DNA of 64,000 bases, taken from positions 224,001 through 288,000 of the forward strand of contig CAVQKE010000007.1 in the NCBI GenBank assembly GCA_963713045.1, in the 5' to 3' direction. This stretch comes from an uncultured delta proteobacterium (GTDB lineage: Bacteria; Myxococcota; Myxococcia; Myxococcales; Myxococcaceae). The position numbers were made by a program, and so were the translations under genes. The notes under the pieces are model-generated. The model worked only from the letters and a program-made list of their open reading frames with translations, did not search any database and had not been told where the DNA came from. Position 1 is the stretch's first letter. Each line of letters begins with the position of its first letter. This document shows, one piece after another, positions 31,672 to 38,952 of the stretch.

Positions 31672-31997
31672 CGGTCGCACGTCCCGACGGCGGCATGGCA
31701 CTATGGACGAAAACTGCCGACGGAATCGATGTCGCCGCTTGGGAACGTGGCGGCGAGAAGCTCGATGTGTTGTTTCGCGGTGCCAGGATTTTCGATTTTT
31801 TTGGGCGCGAGCAACACTTCTTGCGCCTCGGCTTCACCTATCACAACGAATCCGAACGCCGAAGCCGCATTCCGCATGGCCACCGCGTTGAAGCAGATCC
31901 GGTAACCCACAGCGCTTATCGGTGCGCGCGTTGCCCTGTTGACGTTGGGGCGCGTGCTTTAGAAAACGCACCACCACTGCCCAGCCGACGGCCTTGA
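31668..31997 (+). CDS. hypothetical protein
   Basis: ATG overlaps the DUF1697 stop (ATGA); no family recognised. Confidence 0.35.
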   Translation: MTVARPDGGMALWTKTADGIDVAAWERGGEKLDVLFRGARIFDFFGREQHFLRLGFTYHNESERRSRIPHGHRVEADPVTHSAYRCARCPVDVGARALENAPPLPSRRP

Positions 31998-32038
31998 ACT
32001 CATCGCCCAGATTGGGCTCGCTGCACCCTGCGCCCTCG

Positions 32039-32806
32039 TCAGTCCGCATGCAGGGATTGTGACAAGCTCAACAGGTTCTGCGGCTGCACTCGGATGATGC
32101 CCGTGCGAGGGCTGTCGAGATCCGCGATGAGATAGAATGCCACAGAGACGACAAGCGGTAGCACCAGCAGGAGATACGCCTTCGCTCGGCCAGATCTCGC
32201 ACCATAACCGACCAACAGGTTGCAACAGAGGGCGATCGCGGCCATCAGCGCCCAAGCCGCCGGCGGAATCCTGTTCCACCACGCGGCCTGCGTGTACCCC
32301 TGGGAGTTCAACACATCGTTCATGCCCGAGACGGCGAGTGCAAGGATCGGCGTCGGCTGTGTAGCTGCGGTAACCCGCACCGCTGACCAGAGCTCGCCTT
32401 GCAAGTGCGCTGTGTATTTATTGACTTGGTTCAGCTGTTGTCCATCGCGAGTCGTGTAGAACAAGATACGTTGATCGAGGTACTCCCTAAGCAGCGCGCG
32501 CACTTTCGCCGCATCGCCGGCGGGCAGCAGGTCAGCCCGGATGTATTCTGTGCCGATCGCATTGGCCTCGGCTTCCTCGTAGTTCTTGCGCTGATCGTAG
32601 CGGCTGATGGCCATCGAAAAGCTGAATCCGATGAGGAGGCCGAGTAGGGTCAGCGTTGCGGTCACGATGATGCCAAAATCTTCGCGTGACGCAGCGTCCA
32701 GGTCCTTGCGGCTCTTGAGAATGGAGCCGCCGACGAATTCCGAGAGCCAGAGCGCCGTGAAGGTGAACACGAGAACAAGCAATGGATAATGCGTCGGATC
32801 TGTCAT
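32039..32806 (-). CDS. membrane protein, DUF4239/bestrophin-like
   Basis: LLGLLIGFSFSMAISRYDQR, EANAIGT, IADLDSPRTG. Confidence 0.85.
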   Translation of the reverse strand: MTDPTHYPLLVLVFTFTALWLSEFVGGSILKSRKDLDAASREDFGIIVTATLTLLGLLIGFSFSMAISRYDQRKNYEEAEANAIGTEYIRADLLPAGDAAKVRALLREYLDQRILFYTTRDGQQLNQVNKYTAHLQGELWSAVRVTAATQPTPILALAVSGMNDVLNSQGYTQAAWWNRIPPAAWALMAAIALCCNLLVGYGARSGRAKAYLLLVLPLVVSVAFYLIADLDSPRTGIIRVQPQNLLSLSQSLHAD

Positions 32807-33230
32807 GGGGCTACCCACTTACACCGGGTCAGGCTGTTACGGCAGCAGCGCTTCCAGGTTCTCGCGTCGCACCCTGGCGTTGGAGACCCGTGGCTTTTGC
32901 GCCCAGCGCCTCCCGTCGGTCGCGCCGAGCCGCTAGCATCGTCTCATGGAACAAGCGCAGACGGTCGAGGACGAACACGCCTCCGTGGACGAGGAAGCCG
33001 CGGCTCTGATGCAGTTGGGACGCAGCTCGGCGTGCTGTGGCGCCGGCGGACCGGCCTTCCACACGGCACCCACCGCATCACGGCTAAGTGGTCGCCTAGT
33101 ATGTGGAACACGTCGCGGCACTTCCGCGGCTGACCGGGGCCAAGGACCGGACGGCGTGAAGGCTCGGCAGAGAGGGTGCAAGCAGTCGAACGCCGATGTT
33201 CCGGGCGTCCATCCCGCAGCGCCCCGTCGC

Positions 33231-33256
33231 GCCAAGACCCCATTGCGACGTTGAAG
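33231..33256 (+). repeat. repeat R11 (central fragment only)
   Basis: GCCAAGACCCCATTGCGACGTTGAAG matches the GCCAAGACCCC-N5-6-ACGTTCAAG core. Confidence 0.65.
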
Positions 33257-33326
33257 TGCAGCCGTGAACGTCTAAATCGCAGCTCAGCGGCTTAGGCTGT
33301 TCGCTGACTGTTCTCCCTTTCGTGGG

Positions 33327-33785
33327 TCAGCCGGCGACACCGGTACGCGTTGCGCCGCTGGTCAGTGCGGCGCCGGACAGCAAGAAGACCCAGGCAAGCC
33401 CAAAGACAAAGCTATTGAGCGGCATACCCCACATCAGGTCCTGATTGGGCATCACGGGCGCCGTGACGGGGTCCACCAGAATGCCGCCGTAGAGTGAGGA
33501 AGTCGCAGAGGCGGCAAAAAAGCCGCCCAGCAGCACACTACCAAGTACCGCTCCCATGGCGATCCCGAACCGCGGCCGGTCGCGATAGAACCAGATGAAG
33601 TACAGAGCGACCAGCGCCAGAAGACTGCCGGTTGCAAGGAGCCATACTTCATGTAGCCGGGCATGTGCGGGCCACGCTGGATTGAAAACGTGGGTCGGGC
33701 TCAAATCGACCAGCAGCGGGACAAAGCCGGCGACGACCGTCCCAATCGACATCATGAGCCGGCCAAGCACACCTTCGATTGTCAT
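33327..33785 (-). CDS. membrane protein (DUF6640-like)
   Basis: THVFNPAWPAHARLHEVW motif with about 4 TMs. Confidence 0.7.
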   Translation of the reverse strand: MTIEGVLGRLMMSIGTVVAGFVPLLVDLSPTHVFNPAWPAHARLHEVWLLATGSLLALVALYFIWFYRDRPRFGIAMGAVLGSVLLGGFFAASATSSLYGGILVDPVTAPVMPNQDLMWGMPLNSFVFGLAWVFLLSGAALTSGATRTGVAG

Positions 33786-33917
33786 CCTCAAATCTCTCCC
33801 ACTTCGCAGGCCATCAGCGCCCGGCGCACTCGAACGACCCGTCGAGATGCTTTGACTCCTTTGGAGGTTGATGCAACTGTCGCGAACGTACCGCTTTCAC
33901 GGACGGCGGGAACCGTT

Positions 33918-34358
33918 ATGTCTACTGTCCTCGGAGGTTGCTATTGCGGCAATCTCTCCGTCGAGCTGGAGCTTTCGAAGCCCTCCGACTCGTATTGCCC
34001 GCGCGCCTGCGATTGCCGCTTCTGTCGCAAGCACGCGGCGTCGTACGTATCCGACCCCGAAGGTTCGTTGCGCATTAAAGCTCGGGAGACTCAACTGTTC
34101 GGACGATATCGACAAGGCAGCGACACTGCAGAATTCCTGCTGTGCGCCCGATGCGGCGTTCTGATCGGCGTGTCCTACCGGGAAGGCGAGCTGTGCTATG
34201 CGGCCGTCAACGTCCAGGCCATCGAAAATGGAACGACCTTCGGCAGCCCGACCGTCGTTTCACCCAAAGCGTTGGCCGTCGACGAGCGAGTCCGGCGCTG
34301 GAAACAACTCTGGTTCTCGAACGTTCGGCTCGAAACACCGAGCGACGGCACTCAGTGA
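33918..34358 (+). CDS. GFA/CENP-V family Zn-binding protein
   Basis: GGCYCG, CDCRFCRKH, CARCG. Confidence 0.85.
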   Translation: MSTVLGGCYCGNLSVELELSKPSDSYCPRACDCRFCRKHAASYVSDPEGSLRIKARETQLFGRYRQGSDTAEFLLCARCGVLIGVSYREGELCYAAVNVQAIENGTTFGSPTVVSPKALAVDERVRRWKQLWFSNVRLETPSDGTQ

Positions 34359-34499
34359 CGATGATAGGGGAGGGCTGAATCGGACGTCGAGCGTATCCGG
34401 CCCCTCTCCAAGGCAGACCAGACTTCGTTCTTCCAAATTCCCAAGCGTGGCCCTTGTTGCGGCCTGCAACTCAAGCGCCCATCCTCTGGAACAGCCGCG

Positions 34500-34580
34500 G
34501 AGTCAAGACCCCGTAGCACCTGTTTGGGAGCGCGAAGGCTTTTCAAGCTCGGGGTCGCGGTAAAATTCCGTGCGCCGGTC
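34500..34580 (+). repeat. repeat R12 (CAAACAG type, degenerate)
   Basis: GAGTCAAGACCCCGTAGCACCTGTTTGGG..AAGGCTTTTCAAGCTCGGGGTCGCGG followed by a decayed T-arm. Confidence 0.8.
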
Positions 34581-34917
34581 CCGCATTTCGAAGGTTCTTC
34601 CTGTCACTTCAGAATGGGCCGAGCCTGAGGATTTCCGCAGCGTCTGATTCTCACCGCCCAGCGTCGGAAAGGGCGGGGCGAGGCGTTGATCACCCTCTGA
34701 ATGCTCGCGGTGCCAAAGCCCTGCCAATTTAGCCACTTCATGCTCCGACCCCGGTGTCGCCCGTCGAAGTGACGCGACGGGTCCGAAAAAAAAGGCGGTC
34801 TCCTGACCCACCTGCGGCGAAATGACCCACCCAACCCGGAGAGAGTTTCGGGGTTTAGCCCTGGTGTCGAGAATGCATGGTTCGAAGGAGCCGGTGCCAA
34901 CACGAGGAGAAGCGTCA

Positions 34918-35232
34918 ATGCAGGACGCAGCCCGACAGACTCTTTCGGACAAAGCCTCCTCGGAGGCTTTGAAACAGCTGGCCTCGCTGGGAGAGCCCAT
35001 GGACCCGACGGCAATGCTCAGCCAGCCCGAAGTGACGCAGGCTGTGCGTTTGGCCGCCGCCGCGGTCGTACAGTCAGACCTGGACCGTTACGACGGCTTG
35101 CAGGGCGTCATGGTCGGGCGGGCCTACAGCATCGCGTACCAAGAGCTCTCCCGGTACGAAGCGAAGGACGGCCCATTGTTGGGCTGGCTCTCGCGGAGGG
35201 TCCAGGACGGCCTCGTACAGGACTTTGCGTAA
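34918..35232 (+). CDS. hypothetical protein
   Basis: GAGGAG upstream of ATG 34918; lies between R12 and R13. Confidence 0.45.
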   Translation: MQDAARQTLSDKASSEALKQLASLGEPMDPTAMLSQPEVTQAVRLAAAAVVQSDLDRYDGLQGVMVGRAYSIAYQELSRYEAKDGPLLGWLSRRVQDGLVQDFA

Positions 35233-35294
35233 CGCGCTTATCGCGCCGGGGTACTTCACGACCGCAAACGGTCCGGGACGTCCGCTGCTGCGTA

Positions 35295-35394
35295 GCCAAA
35301 ACCTCGCGCGTACGTTCAAGAGCCGCGGGCCCGCTTCCAAAGCCCGGGAGAAGAACGCGCCTAGGTAAGCCTCGCAAACGGCCGCGCAAACGCC
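35295..35394 (+). repeat. repeat R13 (degenerate) plus an orphan direct-repeat pair
   Basis: GCCAAAACC..TACGTTCAAGAGCC..GCTTCCAAAGCCCGG; 35371-35394 CTCGCAAACGGCCGCGCAAACGCC is identical to 2625-2648. Confidence 0.8.
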
Positions 35395-35486
35395 GTTGGC
35401 CCGAGCGACGCCGAGAGTAGACCACCGGAGGCAGTGGAATCCTCGCCGCTCTCGCTCTTTGCCCGAGGCCTCGACCCGAGCCGGGC

Positions 35487-36758
35487 CTATTGAGGTCGCT
35501 GCAGCTTGTTTACGTCAAGCGACGCCCCCGGCGCTTTGATGAGCGTCGTTTTCGAGATGGGCTGGTTGACTTCAGTGAATTGGTAAATCACGTATGGGAT
35601 CTCAACCCACTGCTGGAAGCCAACCCCGGCTTCGTGCCCAAACTGGATGACACCACGGGTGCCGTCGAACCTGATCGTCTGCAGCGCCTTCACGATCGCC
35701 GTGGGGTCCACGCTTTTCGCCTGCTTGATGGCGTCGACGATCAGGAGCAGCGAATCGGCCGCCTGGAATATGAGTCGGTTGGGTTCCTTTTTCGTGCGCC
35801 GGGTGTACTCGGCGGCGACGTCCTGTCCAAGTTTCGACATCGGCATCCGTGGATGGTACTGGCCAACTGAGATCATCCACTTCCCCGCTTCCCGGACGTT
35901 CTGCCAGAAGTCCGGGTAATCGATGATGTCCGCCCCGTCGAAGAACCAAGTCTTCGCGCTCGGCACCACACCCTGTTCGTGAAGCTGGTTCATGAGGATG
36001 TAGGCGGCCGGGGGCAGCATGAGGTTCATCACCATCTCTGGTGGATTGTCACGAAGGGCGAGTACGGGACGGGTGAAGTCTATCCCGGCGCGGTCCAGCG
36101 TTGTGAATCCAAACTGGGTGGCGGGTGCCTTGGCCTTGATGAACCCAGCGAGGACCTTCGCCTGTCCGATACCGAAATCGGTGTTCTCGGCGAAGGCGAT
36201 GACGCTCTTCACACCCATCGCCGCGATCGTCTCAGCCATCGCCATCGCGGAGCGCGTATTGTAGTTACTGGGGTTGAAGACCTGCGCATAGCCCTTCTTA
36301 CGTACGTCGTCGGAATAGCAGTTGGTGTTCACATAGGGCGTCCCCGAGCGGTGCGCCACCTCGATTTCTGCAAGGCATACCGAACTCTGGTGCCCGCCGG
36401 TCACAGCGACCACTCCGTCTTTTGTGATCAGCTTCTCAATCGCAGCTCGGCCCTTCTCGGGGATGCCCTGGTTATCCTCGTACACGAGCACGATGGGTCG
36501 GCCCAGTACGCCACCCTTGGCGTTGACCATGTCTTTCGCAATCTCCATACCGTCCTTGATTTGTGTCCCCTGAATCACGGACCCTGGCGGAGACTGGGTG
36601 ATGCTGACGCCGATTGCGATCGGCTCGGCCCCCGTGGAAGGCACGGTCAGAAGCGGCGACTGCGCGGCGATGAGGGCGATCGCGTTCGGGGCGGCCGCCG
36701 TCGCAGCAGCACCTAGGGACAATGCGACCGTGAGGGCAATAAATGCGAATTTCGCCAT
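35487..36758 (-). CDS. ABC transporter substrate-binding protein (branched-chain amino acid type)
   Basis: Signal peptide; NAKGGVLGRPIVLVYED, ENTDFG; no permease or ATPase partner nearby. Confidence 0.88.
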   Translation of the reverse strand: MAKFAFIALTVALSLGAAATAAAPNAIALIAAQSPLLTVPSTGAEPIAIGVSITQSPPGSVIQGTQIKDGMEIAKDMVNAKGGVLGRPIVLVYEDNQGIPEKGRAAIEKLITKDGVVAVTGGHQSSVCLAEIEVAHRSGTPYVNTNCYSDDVRKKGYAQVFNPSNYNTRSAMAMAETIAAMGVKSVIAFAENTDFGIGQAKVLAGFIKAKAPATQFGFTTLDRAGIDFTRPVLALRDNPPEMVMNLMLPPAAYILMNQLHEQGVVPSAKTWFFDGADIIDYPDFWQNVREAGKWMISVGQYHPRMPMSKLGQDVAAEYTRRTKKEPNRLIFQAADSLLLIVDAIKQAKSVDPTAIVKALQTIRFDGTRGVIQFGHEAGVGFQQWVEIPYVIYQFTEVNQPISKTTLIKAPGASLDVNKLQRPQ

Positions 36759-37059
36759 GGCCTTCCTCCGCGCTTCGACACTGCTCGCCAAAGGGACTGC
36801 TTCTATGCCTGGACGATGCAAAGCGCGTGCAGTCCGCGCCTTAGAGGGCCTACTTCACCAACTGAATCTCGCTCGGCCGTGGCCCGGCCACTCTTCGCCT
36901 TCGACCCCACCTATGTGGGTTGTGGCGAGTGGAGATGGCGTGCTGTATGGGGCGTGTCCCTGGACGCAGCTTTCGGTTGGACACTGCATGGGATGCGAGG
37001 ATAGACGCGTACCAGGCCAATTACTCGCCCGCGCCGTTGGGATGGAGGTCCGTCTTTCA

Positions 37060-37239
37060 ATGAGGTACGTCTTAGAAAGAGTCATTCTGGCATTGGCAAT
37101 CTGCTTGCTCGCCGCATGCGCTGCCTCCACTCAAAGCCAACCACCGCCACAGAACTCAACGAACGACTGGGCGGCCGGTGTTTTTTCCTCGCCTATCGCG
37201 CCACAGGGGGCTGACAGTTCCGATGCAGGACCAAGATAA
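37060..37239 (+). CDS. small lipoprotein, hypothetical
   Basis: MRYVLERVILALAICLLAAC lipobox; GGAGG upstream. Confidence 0.5.
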   Translation: MRYVLERVILALAICLLAACAASTQSQPPPQNSTNDWAAGVFSSPIAPQGADSSDAGPR

Positions 37240-37267
37240 AGGCCGGCGAATCCCAGACTAATGCGCG

Positions 37268-38860
37268 CTACTGCGACGCGTCGAGCTGCACCTTCTCCAT
37301 CACCTGGTTTAGATTAAATGTCCCCGGCTTCTGACGAGGCGGGAATTCCTTAAAGCTCTGGAGCCATCCTGCCACGTAGGTGATGGTCGGCGGGAGCGCG
37401 TAAATCCGATCGATCCGCCACCTCGAATAACCGATTCCCTCGTGGTCGGCCCGCTCCCACGGGTCCGAACGCAGGCTAAATAGTTTCGGGACGCGCAGCA
37501 CCACCATGGGGTCCTGCCAAACGTCAAAGCCGTGGGCACGCTGCTCCATGAAGACAATCTTCCACTGGTCGTAACGAAGGGCGCAGATGTCCCCGTCGTC
37601 CGTCCAATACATGAACTCCTTGCGCGGCCAGTCCTTCGCTTCGCCGCTCCGCAAGGCTTCCATCAGATTGTAGCCGTCGAGGTGCACCTTGTAGGTCGCG
37701 CCAGCGATGGTCGTGCCCTTTAACAGGGCTTCCTTGACACTCGGCTGGCCCGCGGCGGCGAGAAGCGTCGGCAGCCAATCCTCATGCGAGATGATCTCGT
37801 TGACCTCGAGACCTGGCTTGATGACTCCCGGCCAGCGGACCAGCAGCGGTACGCGGTAGCCCCCCTCCCAGTTCGTGTTCTTCTCGCCCCGGAACGGCGT
37901 CGTTCCTCCGTCGGGCCAGCTCATCGTCTCGGCGCCGTTGTCTGAGGTGTAAATGACAATCGTGGTATCGGTGATTTTCAGCGTATCAAGCTTCTTCAGC
38001 AGCTGGCCGATCTGATCGTCGTGCTCCACCATGCCGTCCGGATAAATCCCGAAGCCGGTTCTACCCTCCGAAGCTTTTTTGAGGTGTGTCCAGATGTGCA
38101 TGCGGGTGGTGTTGAACCAGACGAACCACGGCTTACCGGCTGACTGGTTCTTGTCGATGAACCGGAGGGTCGAAGCGAGGATCTCCTCGTCGATGGTTTC
38201 CATCCGCTTCGCGGTGAGTGGCCCAGTATCCTCGCACTTTTGCTTGCCCCACGGGCCGAAGCGCGGGTCGGCAGGAAGCGAGCTCACGGTGTTCGTCGCA
38301 TAGCAGTGGAAGACGCCGCGCGGGCCGAACTTGGTCTTGAACGCTGGGTTTTTTGGGTAGTCCGCGTTCTCCGGCTCCTCCTCGGCGTTCAGATGGTAGA
38401 GATTGCCGTAGAACTCGTCGAAGCCATGAACGGTCGGGAAAAACTCATTGCGGTCCCCGAGGTGATTCTTGCCAAACTGCCCAGTGGCGTAGCCTTGCTC
38501 TTTGAGCAGGGTAGCGATGGTGGGGTCCTTGTCCGACAAACCCTCCGGCGCGCCTGGTAGGCCCACCTTCAGCAGGCCGGTGCGAATCGGTGACTGCCCC
38601 GTGATGAACGCCGAGCGACCGGCGGTACAGCTCTGCTGCCCATAGGCGTCGGTGAAGATGGCTCCTTCCGTGGCGATCCGGTCGATGTTGGGCGTGTGGT
38701 AGCCCATCATCCCGCGGTTGTATTTGCTGATGTTCCAGTAGCCGATGTCGTCGCCAAAAATAACGAGGATGTTGGGGTGCTTGGAGTTGGCTTGCCCCGA
38801 GGCGAGAACCGGAAGAAGGAGCAGCGACGCGAACAAATTTCGGAAACCGAGTTGGGTCAT
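37268..38860 (-). CDS. arylsulfatase
   Basis: PNILVIFGDD, formylglycine motif SCTAGRSAFITG, FGKNHLG. Confidence 0.93.
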   Translation of the reverse strand: MTQLGFRNLFASLLLLPVLASGQANSKHPNILVIFGDDIGYWNISKYNRGMMGYHTPNIDRIATEGAIFTDAYGQQSCTAGRSAFITGQSPIRTGLLKVGLPGAPEGLSDKDPTIATLLKEQGYATGQFGKNHLGDRNEFFPTVHGFDEFYGNLYHLNAEEEPENADYPKNPAFKTKFGPRGVFHCYATNTVSSLPADPRFGPWGKQKCEDTGPLTAKRMETIDEEILASTLRFIDKNQSAGKPWFVWFNTTRMHIWTHLKKASEGRTGFGIYPDGMVEHDDQIGQLLKKLDTLKITDTTIVIYTSDNGAETMSWPDGGTTPFRGEKNTNWEGGYRVPLLVRWPGVIKPGLEVNEIISHEDWLPTLLAAAGQPSVKEALLKGTTIAGATYKVHLDGYNLMEALRSGEAKDWPRKEFMYWTDDGDICALRYDQWKIVFMEQRAHGFDVWQDPMVVLRVPKLFSLRSDPWERADHEGIGYSRWRIDRIYALPPTITYVAGWLQSFKEFPPRQKPGTFNLNQVMEKVQLDASQ

Positions 38861-38952
38861 AAGTGCTTTCAAATGAAGGATTTTCGAAACCAATCCACTG
38901 GCCCAATTCGTCCTTGGGCGTTGGTTGGGCGCTGACTACCGAGGCCTACGCT

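Noticed and set aside
33000..33130. LPHGTHRITAK as an integrase relic upstream of R11
   Set aside because: Too degenerate to support by eye.
2625..35394. Classical integron (intI/attC)
   Set aside because: No intI, and I saw no RYYYAAC...GTTRRRY attC ends bounding the cassettes; the repeats carry tRNA sequence instead.
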